DNA from: Burkholderiales bacterium
Lineage (GTDB): Bacteria; Pseudomonadota; Gammaproteobacteria; Burkholderiales; Casimicrobiaceae
Reading direction: 5' to 3'
Length of the DNA stretch: 64,000 nt
Assembly (NCBI GenBank): GCA_025354165.1
Contig: JANXNI010000061.1
Location: 55,384-119,383 of the forward strand
Positions within the stretch are counted from its first letter, which is position 1, and every line of letters starts with the position of its first letter. This document shows positions 18,964 to 29,813 of the stretch, piece after piece. The notes below the pieces were generated by a model. That model was not told the DNA's origin. It saw only the letters and a list, made by a program, of their open reading frames with translations, and made no database searches. Both the position numbers and the translations under genes were made by a program.

Positions 18964-19791
18964 ATGAGCGAAGCTGAGCCGCGCCCGAAACCGTCGCTGT
19001 TTGAGCGTCTGTCGACGATGCTTTCGGGCGCGCCGGAGGATCGCGAAGACCTCCTGGACATGCTGCGCGATGCGCATGAACGCAAACTGCTCGATGCCGA
19101 TGCGTTATCGATTTTCGAAGGTGCGCTCGAAGTCGCCGAAATGACCGTGTCAGACGTCATGGTGCCGCGATCACAGATGGACGTGATTGAGCTCGACGAT
19201 GAGCCCGCCGCCATCATCACTGAAATGGTCGAGACGCGGCACTCGCGCTACCCCGTGATTGGCGCAGATCGCGACGAAGTGGTGGGCGTGCTGCTCGCCA
19301 AAGATCTGCTCGCGTATCTTGTGAATGCCGAAGCGTTTTCGCTCAAGGCCGTGCTGCGGGCGCCGGTGTTTGTGCCGGAGACGAAGCGGTTGAATGTGCT
19401 TTTGCGTGAGTTTCGTTCGCAGCGAAATCACATGGCGATTGTGATCGATGAGCATGGCTCCGTTGCTGGCCTCGTCACCATTGAGGACGTGCTCGAACAA
19501 ATCGTTGGCGAGATCATCGACGAATACGACTACGATGAAGAAGCCGACAACATCATCGCCGAGACCGCGACCAAATGGCGCGTGAAAGCCTCGACTGAAA
19601 TTGATGCTTTCAATGAAAAATTCGGCACTGAATTCAGCGACGATGAATCGGGCACGGTCGGCGGGCTGCTGATGCAGAAATTTGCGCGGGTGCCACATCG
19701 CGGTGAGACCATTGCACTGGGCGGCTTCAAATTCACCGTGCTGCGCGCCGACGGTCGACGCGTCTGGCTGATGACGGTAGAGCGGGCTTGA
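18964..19791 (+). CDS. corC: CBS-domain Mg/Co transport-associated protein CorC (YbeX)
   Basis: MVPRSQM, HSRYPV, tandem CBS domains, VTIEDVLEQIVGEI; located between ybeY and lnt. Confidence 0.93.
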   Translation: MSEAEPRPKPSLFERLSTMLSGAPEDREDLLDMLRDAHERKLLDADALSIFEGALEVAEMTVSDVMVPRSQMDVIELDDEPAAIITEMVETRHSRYPVIGADRDEVVGVLLAKDLLAYLVNAEAFSLKAVLRAPVFVPETKRLNVLLREFRSQRNHMAIVIDEHGSVAGLVTIEDVLEQIVGEIIDEYDYDEEADNIIAETATKWRVKASTEIDAFNEKFGTEFSDDESGTVGGLLMQKFARVPHRGETIALGGFKFTVLRADGRRVWLMTVERA

Positions 19792-21332
19792 TCGCTCGTT
19801 TGTGGGCTCCGGTGGCTGCTGCGACGGTCGGTGCGCTAACGGCTTGGCTTGGGTTCGCGCCCATTGGCTGGTGGTGGTTTCCGTTCATCGGATTTGCCGT
19901 GCTCGCAGCATTAATCGGGCGTGCGCCAACGGTTAAACATGGTGCGATGATCGGATTTTTGTTTGGCCTCGGTTACTTCCTTGCGGGTGTCGCGTGGGTG
20001 CGCATTAGCCTCAATGAATTTGGTGGGATGCCATTGCCGATGGCGTGGCTGGCAGCGTTTTTGTTTTGCGCTTTTCTCTCGCTGTATCCGATGCTGGCGG
20101 GCGCGTTCAGCGCTTGGGCGAAACCGAAACATCCGTTGTTCTTCGCGTTTGTGTTTGCGTCCGCGTGGACGTTTGCCGAGTATTTGCGGGCGCACTTGTT
20201 CACGGGGTTTGAGTGGTTAAGCGTTGGGGTGTCGCAAGCGCCGCTGGGTTTGATGAAAGGTGTTGCTGCGTTGTTTGGGTCGTTTGGCGTCACCTTTGTT
20301 GTCGTGCTGTTCGCGGCCCTGCTAACCCGGATATTGCCGTGGATACTTAAGCCGGACGCATCGATCCGGCGCGGCATTTTTTGGCGAGCGTTTCGTCTGG
20401 ATCTGCGATCCGAACTGGCGCTGGCCGGACTGATCGCCCTCGTGGCGATCGGCTACGCCATCGGCGATCTCTCATTCAGCGAAGCCACAGGTAGCCCTGT
20501 CAAAGTATCGCTACTTCAGGGCAATGTCGCGCAATCCATGAAGTGGGAACCCGAAAAATTCGCCGACACGCTGGTACTTTACGAGCGACTGATCGAGCGT
20601 GCAAAGGGCGAGCTGATCATCCTGCCCGAGACTGCTTTCCCGGCACCGCTTTCGCGCATTCCACCCGAGTACATCGCGCGGCTCGAAGCGACGGCAAAAG
20701 CGAAAAACGCGAACCTCGTGATCGGCGTGCCATTGCAAGAACAAGGCAAGTTCTATAACGGCGCGATCTCGTTAGGTGTCGATCCGGCGCAGCAATACCA
20801 GAAAGCGCATCTCGTGCCGTTCGGCGAATACATGCCTTTGCGTGGATTGTTGGGCTGGTTTTACGCGAACCTCACGATTCCAATGAGTGATTTTTCGAGC
20901 GGCGACGTTGTGCAGCCGGTGATGAAACTCAATGGTCAATCGCTCGGCATTTCCATTTGTTACGAAGATGCTTTTGCGCGTGACGTGTACCGGACATTGC
21001 CCGACGCAACGCTGCTCGTGAACATCAGCAACGATGCGTGGTTTGGCAAAAGTGCCGCCGCCGAGCAACATTTGCAGCTCTCGCAAATGCGCGCCATCGA
21101 ATTTGCGCGCCCGATGCTGCGGGCAAACAACACCGGTATCACCGCCGTGATTGATGAGAAAGGCCGTGTCACACAACGGCTGGAGCCGTTCACCGAAGGT
21201 ATTCTCGAAACGACAGTGCGGGGCCGCAAGGGCTACACGCCCTACATCGCGTGGGGCGATTTGCCGATTCTTCTGATCTGTCTCGCCGGTATTGGCATCG
21301 GACTCGGGCAGCGTTTAAGGCGCGGCAGTTAG
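19788..21332 (+). CDS. lnt: apolipoprotein N-acyltransferase
   Basis: LPETA, YQKAHLVPFGEY, SICYED and NISNDAWFG nitrilase-fold triad motifs. Confidence 0.96.
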   Translation: MIARLWAPVAAATVGALTAWLGFAPIGWWWFPFIGFAVLAALIGRAPTVKHGAMIGFLFGLGYFLAGVAWVRISLNEFGGMPLPMAWLAAFLFCAFLSLYPMLAGAFSAWAKPKHPLFFAFVFASAWTFAEYLRAHLFTGFEWLSVGVSQAPLGLMKGVAALFGSFGVTFVVVLFAALLTRILPWILKPDASIRRGIFWRAFRLDLRSELALAGLIALVAIGYAIGDLSFSEATGSPVKVSLLQGNVAQSMKWEPEKFADTLVLYERLIERAKGELIILPETAFPAPLSRIPPEYIARLEATAKAKNANLVIGVPLQEQGKFYNGAISLGVDPAQQYQKAHLVPFGEYMPLRGLLGWFYANLTIPMSDFSSGDVVQPVMKLNGQSLGISICYEDAFARDVYRTLPDATLLVNISNDAWFGKSAAAEQHLQLSQMRAIEFARPMLRANNTGITAVIDEKGRVTQRLEPFTEGILETTVRGRKGYTPYIAWGDLPILLICLAGIGIGLGQRLRRGS

Positions 21333-21333
21333 A

Positions 21334-22461
21334 GTGAACGCCACACGCGCCGCGTTTGTCAACCGAAATACTGGCCTTGATCTACTGCGGGCGCTGGCGA
21401 TTTGCCTGACCTGTGCAATGCATTTCGTGTGGGCGACCGGCGCGTGGCAATATCAACGCGACTTCGAGCTGCATCCCGTGTCTGCGGCACGGTCATGGCA
21501 CGAGGGCGCGTGGATGTGGCTTTATCACTCGCAGCACGGTGTGTATCTGTTCTTTGTGCTGAGCGGTTATCTCTTGTCGCAGCGCTGGCTGGTCGCACAG
21601 AACACACAGTTGCGGCCGTACCTGACCGATCGTGCACTGCGCACGCTGCCCGGTGCGTGGTTAGCGCTTTTGGTGGCCTTGGGATTGCTGTATTTGGACA
21701 ATAAGATGCCCGAGCATTCCGGGTTACGCTGGCTTGAAAACGCGTTTTTTCTGAACTGGTTTCGCTACGATGACACCCATCATCTGTTGATCGTGACCTG
21801 GTCGCTGCAAGCTGAATGGTTGTTTTATGTGTCGCTTCCCATCGTGGCGTGGTGTGCGCGAACGTTGGGAAATTCGCAGCGGCAGCGTCTGATCGCCGTG
21901 CTCGCATGCGGCTTTTTGGCGATGGCACTGCTCAAAGTCACAAGCATTCGCGGCGCAGCGTACGCACTTTTCTTCACGACCGGCGCAGTTTGCGCGTTGA
22001 AGCAAAACGACTGGCGCACGACGATTCAAAAGACGCCGTGGTGGCTGGCTCTCACCCTGTATGTCGTGGTCAATTTCGTCTATGCGTGGACGACCGCCAC
22101 CGCTGCACGCCTTCAGGCAAGCGGATTCGGGCCCTTCGAGTGGCACGCAATCGCCTTCGCGCTCGTGTCCGGCGCGCTACTGCTTAAGACAGCTGAGCAC
22201 ACGTTCGACGACAGCCTGATTGTGCGCATCGGGCGCTACATTGGGCGCATTTCGTACTCGATTTATCTGTGGCATTTGCTGGTGTTGATCGCGTTCGCTC
22301 AATTACTGGGTCTTCCGAAGCGACTGGAAATCTTGCCCAATCCCGTCGCTATCGCGCTCTATCTTTCGGCGTTGGTCGCCGCGACGTGGTTCATCTCGGT
22401 CGCTTCGTTTTATGTCGTCGAGAAGCCTTATTTTTCGCGCCGCCGTGTCGACAAACAATAA
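21334..22461 (+). CDS. acyltransferase-3 (OafA/YrhL-like) membrane O-acyltransferase
   Basis: GLDLLRALA, GVYLFFVLSGYL, WSLQAEW, GRISYSIYLWH and VEKP motifs. Confidence 0.88.
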   Translation: MNATRAAFVNRNTGLDLLRALAICLTCAMHFVWATGAWQYQRDFELHPVSAARSWHEGAWMWLYHSQHGVYLFFVLSGYLLSQRWLVAQNTQLRPYLTDRALRTLPGAWLALLVALGLLYLDNKMPEHSGLRWLENAFFLNWFRYDDTHHLLIVTWSLQAEWLFYVSLPIVAWCARTLGNSQRQRLIAVLACGFLAMALLKVTSIRGAAYALFFTTGAVCALKQNDWRTTIQKTPWWLALTLYVVVNFVYAWTTATAARLQASGFGPFEWHAIAFALVSGALLLKTAEHTFDDSLIVRIGRYIGRISYSIYLWHLLVLIAFAQLLGLPKRLEILPNPVAIALYLSALVAATWFISVASFYVVEKPYFSRRRVDKQ

Positions 22462-22533
22462 AATAGCACTACCCCGTATTTTGTTGCCGTCCGCACTCGT
22501 TGTGAGGCGGCAAGTGCGTATCTCACGACCCTA

Positions 22534-23457
22534 ATGATTACCTTTCAAGAAGCCATCCTCCGCCTGCAAACCTACTGGAATGATCAGGGCTGCGCACTGT
22601 TGCAACCGATTGATCTGGAAGTGGGGGCCGGTACGTCGCACACGGCGACGTTTCTGCGCGCACTGGGGCCAGAGCCGTGGCGCGCAGCCTACGTGCAGCC
22701 GTCGCGTCGTCCGAAGGATGGCCGTTACGGCGAAAATCCGAACCGCTTGCATCAACATCATCAGTACCAGGTCGTGCTCAAACCGTCGCCACCGAACATC
22801 CTTGAGCTATACCTCGGCTCGCTCACGGCGCTCGGTTTTGATCTTCAGGAAAACGATGTGCGCTTTGTTGAGGACGACTGGGAGAACCCAACGCTCGGTG
22901 CGTGGGGGCTCGGTTGGGAGGTATGGATGAACGGCATGGAGATTACGCAGTTCACCTATTTTCAGCAGGTTGGTGGCTTGCCGTGCAAACCCATCACGGG
23001 CGAAATCACATACGGGCTCGAGCGCCTGTGTATGTATTTGCAGGGGGTCGAAAACGTCTATGACCTCGTTTATGCGCGAACGGTAATTGACGGCGTGGAA
23101 AACCTGATTTCCTATGGCGACGTGTGGCATCAAAACGAAGTTGAACAATCCACCTACAGCTTTGAGGCAGCTGATGCGCAGGTTCTGCTCGCGCTATTCA
23201 CTACCTTTGAGGCAGAGGCCAAGCGCCTAATGGAATTGTCGTTGGCGCTCCCGGCATATGAGATGGTGTTGAAAGCGGGCAATGTGTTTAACCTGCTGGA
23301 CGCACGCGGCGCGATCAGCGTAACCGAGCGAGCTGCCTATATTGGGCGTATTCGCAACATTTCTCGCAGCGTGGCGCAGAGTTATTTTGAAAGTCGCGAA
23401 CGACTGGGTTTTCCGATGCTGCATAAAGCGGTTGCTGCTGAAAAGGCGGCAGCATGA
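22534..23457 (+). CDS. glyQ: glycine--tRNA ligase alpha subunit
   Basis: [24 protein letters not shown] and [12 protein letters not shown] motifs. Confidence 0.98.
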   Translation: MITFQEAILRLQTYWNDQGCALLQPIDLEVGAGTSHTATFLRALGPEPWRAAYVQPSRRPKDGRYGENPNRLHQHHQYQVVLKPSPPNILELYLGSLTALGFDLQENDVRFVEDDWENPTLGAWGLGWEVWMNGMEITQFTYFQQVGGLPCKPITGEITYGLERLCMYLQGVENVYDLVYARTVIDGVENLISYGDVWHQNEVEQSTYSFEAADAQVLLALFTTFEAEAKRLMELSLALPAYEMVLKAGNVFNLLDARGAISVTERAAYIGRIRNISRSVAQSYFESRERLGFPMLHKAVAAEKAAA

Positions 23458-25595
23458 GTGCGAAACCTTTGTTGATTGAACTCTTCACGGAAGAGTTGCC
23501 GCCGAAGGCGCTCAAAAAACTGGGTGAAGCATTTGCCTCGGGGATCGAAGCGAGTTTGCGATCTGACGGATTGCTGGCTGAGGGCGCGTCAGCCGTGTCT
23601 TTTGCTACACCGCGCCGACTGGGTGTTCGGATTGACGCGGTACTCAGTGAAGCGCCAGCCAAAGCCATCAAAGAAAAACTGATGCCAATGTTGGTGGCAA
23701 GAGACGCGACGGGTGCTGCGTCTGTGGCTTTGAAAAAGAAGCTGACGAGCCTGGGGCGCGAAGCTCTGATTGAAGGCTTTCCCGACACCACCAGCGGATC
23801 CGATTCGATTGTGGTCGAGAGCGACGGCAAGGCAGAGTATGTTTATCTCGTCGGTCGGGCGCCGGGCCGCACCATCGCGCTCGGCGTTCAAGCTGCGATT
23901 GATGCAACGCTCGCGAAGCTGCCGATTCCGAAAGTGATGACCTATCAACTCGCCGATGGTCAAACTGACGTGAGCTTCGTGCGTCCAGCGCATGGGCTGG
24001 TGGTGCTGCACGGCGATGATGTCATCGAAGCCAGCACGCTCGGTCTGACGTCGGGTCGCATCACTCATGGGCATCGCTTTCAGGGTGCAAACAACATAGA
24101 ACTCGATACGGCTTCGCGCTACGAAGAATTGTTGCGTCAACACGGTAAGGTTGAGCCTGTCTTCGCCAAGCGTCGCAACATGATCCTGTCACAACTCGAA
24201 GCAAAAGCCAGCGCACTCGGAGCAACGCTCGGCAGCGCCGAGAGTTATGCGGACTTGCTTGACGAAGTGAATTCACTCGTCGAATGGCCAACGGTCTACG
24301 TCTGCCAGTTCGAGTCAGAATTCCTCGCTGTGCCGCAGGAATGCCTGATTCTGACGATGAAGACGAATCAGAAATATTTCCCGCTGTTCGATGCCGAAGG
24401 CAAGCTCAAGAATCAGTTTCTGATCGTCTCCAACATGGAGTTGGCCAATCCGAAAAAGGTCATCGAAGGTAACGAGCGCGTGGTTCGCCCGCGTTTGGCG
24501 GATGCCCGATTCTTTTTCGAGACCGACAAGAAGACCAAACTCGAAGCGCGAATTCCCGACCTGTCCAAGGTCGTCTACCACAACAAACTGGGTACTTTGG
24601 GCGAACGCGTTGCTCGCGTAGCCAAACTAGCAGGTGAAATCGCCGTATTGATCGGTGCCGACAAGGCGCGCTCCGAACGGGCGGCCATGCTTGCTAAAGC
24701 AGATTTGCTCACGCTGATGGTCGGCGAATTTCCTGAGTTGCAAGGCACGATGGGGCGCTACTACGCGTTACATGACGGCGAACCCGCTGATGTAGCCGCT
24801 GCGTGTGCGGAGCATTATCAACCGCGTTTTGCGGGTGACGTGTTGCCTTCCGAGGGTGTTCCTACTGCGGTTGCTCTGGCGGACAAGCTGGAGACACTGG
24901 CTGGGATGTTTGGCATCGGGCAGACTCCAACCGGCGATAAGGATCCGTTTGCGCTGCGGAGGCATGCATTAGGTGTCATTCGCATCCTGGTTGAGCAGAA
25001 GCTGAGTGTTGACGTCCATCAATTGTTGGACACTGCTTGCGCGGTCTTTCCAACTTTGTATTTGGGGACCGAAAGTCTTCGCAAAATCGCTTTAGCCGCC
25101 TATTTTTATGATCGCCTGCCGAACTACTTCCGGGACTTGGGTTTCGAGACACGCGAAGTTATGGCAGTAGCCGATTCAAATCCTCGTTGCATCGATGACC
25201 TTCCAGCTCGACTCGCTGCCGTTCGCGAATTCGCAAAGCTGCCGGAAGCTGCGAGTCTGAGCGCAGCTAACAAGCGCGTCGCAAATATTCTGGGTAAAGC
25301 CGAGGATGCGGGGGACGAAATCAATGCCAACGGAGCAGTCAGAGAGCCCGCTGAAGAAGCGCTACGCGCTGCGCTTGATGCGGTAACCCCTTCTGCGACT
25401 GCCTTATTCGCCGGAAGCGATTTCACCGGCTATCTGAAGTCGTTCGCCGCGCTCAAAGCCCCTGTCGATGAGTTCTTCGATAAGGTGATGGTGATGGCTG
25501 AGGACAAAGCAGTTCGCGCCAATCGTCTAGCGTTGCTTAGCGACTTACGTACCGCAATGAATAAAGTCGCTGATCTGTCCAAATTAGCGGCTTAG
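23454..25595 (+). CDS. glyS: glycine--tRNA ligase beta subunit
   Basis: [28 protein letters not shown] and DPFALRR motifs; follows glyQ. Confidence 0.97.
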   Translation: MSAKPLLIELFTEELPPKALKKLGEAFASGIEASLRSDGLLAEGASAVSFATPRRLGVRIDAVLSEAPAKAIKEKLMPMLVARDATGAASVALKKKLTSLGREALIEGFPDTTSGSDSIVVESDGKAEYVYLVGRAPGRTIALGVQAAIDATLAKLPIPKVMTYQLADGQTDVSFVRPAHGLVVLHGDDVIEASTLGLTSGRITHGHRFQGANNIELDTASRYEELLRQHGKVEPVFAKRRNMILSQLEAKASALGATLGSAESYADLLDEVNSLVEWPTVYVCQFESEFLAVPQECLILTMKTNQKYFPLFDAEGKLKNQFLIVSNMELANPKKVIEGNERVVRPRLADARFFFETDKKTKLEARIPDLSKVVYHNKLGTLGERVARVAKLAGEIAVLIGADKARSERAAMLAKADLLTLMVGEFPELQGTMGRYYALHDGEPADVAAACAEHYQPRFAGDVLPSEGVPTAVALADKLETLAGMFGIGQTPTGDKDPFALRRHALGVIRILVEQKLSVDVHQLLDTACAVFPTLYLGTESLRKIALAAYFYDRLPNYFRDLGFETREVMAVADSNPRCIDDLPARLAAVREFAKLPEAASLSAANKRVANILGKAEDAGDEINANGAVREPAEEALRAALDAVTPSATALFAGSDFTGYLKSFAALKAPVDEFFDKVMVMAEDKAVRANRLALLSDLRTAMNKVADLSKLAA

Positions 25596-25608
25596 CCGAA
25601 GGAAAGTC

Positions 25609-26148
25609 TTGAAGCTCGTCATCCTCGACCGTGACGGAACGATCAACTTTGACAGTGATCGTTTCATCAAATCGCCTGACGAATGGCGTCCGCTACCGGG
25701 CGCTTTGGAGGCAATTGCGCGGCTGAATGGCGCGGGCTATCACGTTGCGGTGGCGACCAATCAGAGCGGTATTGAGCGTGGTCTGCTCGATATGAACGCG
25801 CTCAACGCCATTCATGCCAAGATGCTCAAGGCAGTGCAGCAAGCGGGTGGTCACATCGACGTGATTTATTACTGCCCGCATTCGGGCGACGCGGATTGTC
25901 GTTGCCGCAAGCCGTCGCCGGGGATGTTTGTGGACATCGGTCAGCGCCTGAATGTGTCGATGGCTGGCGTGCCGTGTATCGGTGATGGCCTGCGTGATTT
26001 GCAGGCGGCCGAAGCAGCGGGCGGCAAACCCATGCTGGTGCTCACGGGCAAGGGGGCGATCACGCTCGCCGGTGGTGGATTGCCGAAAGGCACGCAGACG
26101 TTTGCTGATTTGTCAGCCGCCGTGGACGCCATTCTTGACACTGCCTGA
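25609..26148 (+). CDS. gmhB: D-glycero-D-manno-heptose-1,7-bisphosphate phosphatase
   Basis: LDRDGTIN HAD motif, TNQSG, CPH...CRCRKP. Confidence 0.94.
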   Translation: MKLVILDRDGTINFDSDRFIKSPDEWRPLPGALEAIARLNGAGYHVAVATNQSGIERGLLDMNALNAIHAKMLKAVQQAGGHIDVIYYCPHSGDADCRCRKPSPGMFVDIGQRLNVSMAGVPCIGDGLRDLQAAEAAGGKPMLVLTGKGAITLAGGGLPKGTQTFADLSAAVDAILDTA

Positions 26149-26160
26149 ATCTAGATTGAA

Positions 26161-26898
26161 TTGATCATGCAAACCCTCCGCAACATTACCTACGTCCTGC
26201 TGCAACTTTTGCTGACACCGGTTTTCGCGTTCATCATTTGCGCTTCGTTTTGGACTCCACCGAAGGTGCGGAATGAGCTATGCGCCTGGTACACACGACT
26301 CTTTGTCTGGTTGGCAAAGCATCTCTGCCGCATCAACTACGTTGTTGAAGGCTGGCAGAACGTGCCGAAGACGCCGTTTATCGTGCTCTCGAAACATTCC
26401 TCAACGTGGGAAACGCTGATGCTCGAAAGCGTGTTCACGCCGGGCAGTTTCGTGGCGAAGAAAGAGTTGCTCTGGGTGCCGTTCTTCGGCTGGGGTTTTG
26501 CGTTGTCGTCCCCGATCACGATTGATCGCAAAGCGGGGGCGAAGTCGATGGACAAGATGATCGAACAGGGGAAGGAGCGGCTCAACAAGCGCGGTTTCAC
26601 CATTGTCATTTTCCCCGAAGGCACGCGTATTCCTGCGGGCACCAAGGGGCGCTACAAGACAGGCGGTGCGCGGTTGGCGATTGGCTGCAACGTGCCGGTG
26701 CTGCCGATTGCGCACAATGCCGGCTACTGCTGGCCGCGTCATCCCTGGAAAAAATATCCGGGCACGGTCACGATGTCCGTTTTGCCGCCTATTGATCCGG
26801 CAGGGCGTTCGCTCAATGAGCTGAACGAGCTGGTCGAGCGTGTGATTGAGACGGAAGTGGCGCGACTGGGCGACCCCCGGACGAGCGTGAGCGCCTGA
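26161..26898 (+). CDS. plsC: 1-acyl-sn-glycerol-3-phosphate acyltransferase
   Basis: KHSSTWET (HxxxxE/D variant) and IFPEGTR; conserved position after gmhB. Confidence 0.88.
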   Translation: MIMQTLRNITYVLLQLLLTPVFAFIICASFWTPPKVRNELCAWYTRLFVWLAKHLCRINYVVEGWQNVPKTPFIVLSKHSSTWETLMLESVFTPGSFVAKKELLWVPFFGWGFALSSPITIDRKAGAKSMDKMIEQGKERLNKRGFTIVIFPEGTRIPAGTKGRYKTGGARLAIGCNVPVLPIAHNAGYCWPRHPWKKYPGTVTMSVLPPIDPAGRSLNELNELVERVIETEVARLGDPRTSVSA

Positions 26899-26908
26899 TC
26901 GGATAGCT

Positions 26909-27685
26909 GTGGGCTTCTGGACGGCACTCTTTTCTCCACCCGCCTCGCCGACGCAGCGTCCCCGTGGTCGAGCAACGCGCGGGTCAGTCAACACCGCTGA
27001 CGACAAGCCGAGACGTAGCTCTTCGGGGCTTGACTATCGGCTGGAGCGGGCGCGGCGAAAATCCATCGGGCTGATCATCACGACCGAAGGGCTGTTGATT
27101 CGTGCGCCGAAGTGGACACCGTTGTATGAGATTGACGCTGCGATCGCCGAGCGCAACGACTGGATCGTGTCGGCGTTGGCACGACAGGGCACAAGGCTCG
27201 CACAGCTGGCCGCATATCGCGATGGTGGTCACGTGCTGTTTCGCGGCAACAAGCTCAAGGTGGAGGTGCGCCAGGGTTTGTTTGATTCAATCGATTTGAC
27301 CGAGAAGCATTGCATCGTGACCACGCTCGACGGTATGTTCAATGCGGATGCGTTTGGTGAAGAGTTGAAGCGGATCGCCCGTCTGGAATTACCACAAATC
27401 GCGCGAAATATGGCAATCGACGCCGGATTGCCGCTCGCTTCAGTGACGCTTAGCAGTGCTCGCACGATGTGGGGTAGCTGCACTTCTACGGGCCGGGTGC
27501 GGCTGAATTTCCGCCTGTTGCAGCTGGCACCGGAGTTGATGCGCCACGTCGTCGCCCATGAGTTAGCGCATCTCGTAGAGTTCAATCACTCGAAGCGGTT
27601 CTGGGCCATCGTAGAGGGGCTCGATCCCAACACCAAAGCGCACAGGCGGGCGATCAAAGGATACGCAGTGTTGCTAGAACTCTAG
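26909..27685 (+). CDS. M48/YgjP-like zinc metallopeptidase
   Basis: WGSC, VVAHELAHL and NHSKRFW motifs. Confidence 0.88.
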   Translation: MGFWTALFSPPASPTQRPRGRATRGSVNTADDKPRRSSSGLDYRLERARRKSIGLIITTEGLLIRAPKWTPLYEIDAAIAERNDWIVSALARQGTRLAQLAAYRDGGHVLFRGNKLKVEVRQGLFDSIDLTEKHCIVTTLDGMFNADAFGEELKRIARLELPQIARNMAIDAGLPLASVTLSSARTMWGSCTSTGRVRLNFRLLQLAPELMRHVVAHELAHLVEFNHSKRFWAIVEGLDPNTKAHRRAIKGYAVLLEL

Positions 27686-27691
27686 GCAGCC

Positions 27692-28021
27692 CTAGTCGAA
27701 CGAGACGTGTTGCCCAGTCTGTTCAAACACAACTCGCGAGATCGCATCCGACAGCGGCTCTCCGCTGCGAGTGTCTATCCAAACGCCATCGGCCCATCGA
27801 AAATGATAACCCCCGCTCTTCGCCGCAACCCAGATTTCCTGCGTCGGTGCGTGGCGATTGATGATGATTTTTGATTTGACACCTAGCGCATCAAGGCACG
27901 TAATTTCCAGCACACCTTGATTAAGCTCGACATCGTCCGCCGCCTCAGACTCGTCAATCGTCTCGACGATTTGATCGAAGAATGCGTCGACCGTTTCATT
28001 GAATTCGGTGGCAGAAATCAT
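27692..28021 (-). CDS. cyaY: iron donor protein CyaY (frataxin)
   Basis: IIINRHAPTQEIWVAAKSGGYHF signature; divergent from lptM-lysA. Confidence 0.95.
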   Translation of the reverse strand: MISATEFNETVDAFFDQIVETIDESEAADDVELNQGVLEITCLDALGVKSKIIINRHAPTQEIWVAAKSGGYHFRWADGVWIDTRSGEPLSDAISRVVFEQTGQHVSFD

Positions 28022-28059
28022 TTGCTATTATCGGATTGAAATTATCAATTGGGAAGTCT

Positions 28060-28194
28060 ATGCGCACACGCCCCGCCGCCACACTTGTTCTTGCCATCGT
28101 GCTGCTAGCACCTGGACTGTCCGGGTGCGGTCAAAAAGGACCGCTCGTGCCACCGAAGGCAAGCTTCGCTACTACTTACATTTCCGTTCGCTAA
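28060..28194 (+). CDS. lptM: small lipoprotein, LptM/YifL family (absent from the ORF track)
   Basis: My translation: MRTRPAATLVLAIVLLAPGLSGCGQKGPLVPPKASFATTYISVR; lipobox LSGC plus the CGQKGPL signature; between cyaY and lysA. Confidence 0.85.
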   Translation: MRTRPAATLVLAIVLLAPGLSGCGQKGPLVPPKASFATTYISVR

Positions 28195-28207
28195 CCACTG
28201 AATCTCC

Positions 28208-29461
28208 ATGCTGACCCCGCACTTAAATCGCCTCTCCGACGGTGAACTTGTCTATGAAGGCGTTCGCCTCGCAGACATCGCTCGCCAGTTCGGCACGCCG
28301 ACCTATGTCTATTCCCGCGCCACGATTGTTGAAAATTTTCGCGCGTACCAGAGCGCATTCGCCGCGTCGAAACCGCTCATTTGTTATGCGGTTAAAGCGA
28401 ACTCGACGCTCAGCGTGCTGGCGCTTCTGGCCTCTGAAGGCGCTGGTTTCGACATCGTTTCTGCGGGTGAATTGCAGCGGGTGATTGCAGCAGGTGGGGA
28501 CGCGAGCAAGGTCATTTTCTCTGGCGTGGCGAAGCGCAGCGAAGAGATCGCGCTGGCGCTGTCACACAACATTCATTGCTTCAACGTTGAGTCCGAGGCC
28601 GAGCTGTATCGCGTCAATGAGATCGCAATCGCGGCGGGCAAGCGTGCGCCAATCGCATTCCGCATCAACCCCGACGTCGACGCGAAGACGCATCCGTACA
28701 TTTCCACCGGCCTTAAGTCGAACAAATTTGGAGTCGCGCACCTTGATGCAGTTCGGCTTTACATGTTGGCTGCCAGCATGCGTGGCATCGAAGTGCACGG
28801 CATCGAGTGTCACATCGGTTCTCAGATCACGGAGCTGTCACCGTACGTTGATGCGCTGCGTCGATTGTTGTCGCTTGTTGACGACTTGTCGGCGCGAGGA
28901 ATTCATCTGCATCACATCGATGTGGGTGGCGGACGTGGCATCACGTATCAGGACGAAACGATGTTTTCGATGAACGATTTTGCGCAAGCGGTTGAGCGCG
29001 AAATCGCGGGCCATCATCTTGATCTTTTGCTGGAGCCCGGTCGTTCAATCGTTGGCGATGCGGGTTTGCTTTTGACGCGTGTTGAATTCCTGAAACCTGG
29101 CGAGACTAAAAACTTCGCGCTCGTTGATGCAGGCATGAACGATCTCATTCGTCCAACGCTGTACGACGCGTATCACCCGGTCACGGCGGTGCTCGCGCGC
29201 GGTGGCGCGCCGACAATTTACGACGTTGTGGGCCCAGTGTGCGAGAGCGGAGACTGGCTTGCACGGGAGCGTGCGCTCGTGTTGGAGCAAGGCGATCTGC
29301 TTGCCGTTCTATGCGCGGGTGCTTACGGTATGACGATGGCGTCGAACTACAACACGCGGGGTCGTCCGTGTGAAGTTATGGTGGATCGTGATGAAGCGCA
29401 CCTCATTCGCGAACGTGAACGCTTTGAAGATTTGATCGCACATGAGCGCATCATCATTTGA
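28208..29461 (+). CDS. lysA: diaminopimelate decarboxylase
   Basis: YAVKAN PLP lysine, HIGSQ, EPGR, GPVCESGD and MASNYN motifs. Confidence 0.97.
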   Translation: MLTPHLNRLSDGELVYEGVRLADIARQFGTPTYVYSRATIVENFRAYQSAFAASKPLICYAVKANSTLSVLALLASEGAGFDIVSAGELQRVIAAGGDASKVIFSGVAKRSEEIALALSHNIHCFNVESEAELYRVNEIAIAAGKRAPIAFRINPDVDAKTHPYISTGLKSNKFGVAHLDAVRLYMLAASMRGIEVHGIECHIGSQITELSPYVDALRRLLSLVDDLSARGIHLHHIDVGGGRGITYQDETMFSMNDFAQAVEREIAGHHLDLLLEPGRSIVGDAGLLLTRVEFLKPGETKNFALVDAGMNDLIRPTLYDAYHPVTAVLARGGAPTIYDVVGPVCESGDWLARERALVLEQGDLLAVLCAGAYGMTMASNYNTRGRPCEVMVDRDEAHLIRERERFEDLIAHERIII

Positions 29462-29813
29462 TTTTTCCTGCACACGATGCGGTTTTTTTTGGTCTCAAAT
29501 GTGCGTGCAACACGCGTAATCGCGGCGCAAATTTAGTGCAACAAAACAACACAGCGATACGTGCGCGTGAATGCGCACGCGTGTAGTCTTGTTCGCGAAA
29601 AAAATCAAGCTAGAATTCGCGCATCAGGTAGAAATGTTGTAAACAAGTTCGTGTGCCTTGAACGTTTGCAACGATGCCTGACACTGAGGTGTTTTGTGTT
29701 GTAGCGCTGATTGTTTTCGATGATTTTTCGTCGCAAGCCATGCGCGAGATGACGCAAATGATCGCCTCAAGTGATGTTTAAAAACTGTGAGAGTCAATCC
29801 TTAGGAGACCACT

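Noticed and set aside
24850-25570. Apparently more AT-rich codon usage in the distal glyS
   Set aside because: An impression only that I cannot quantify; the frame is intact and no boundary repeats are visible.
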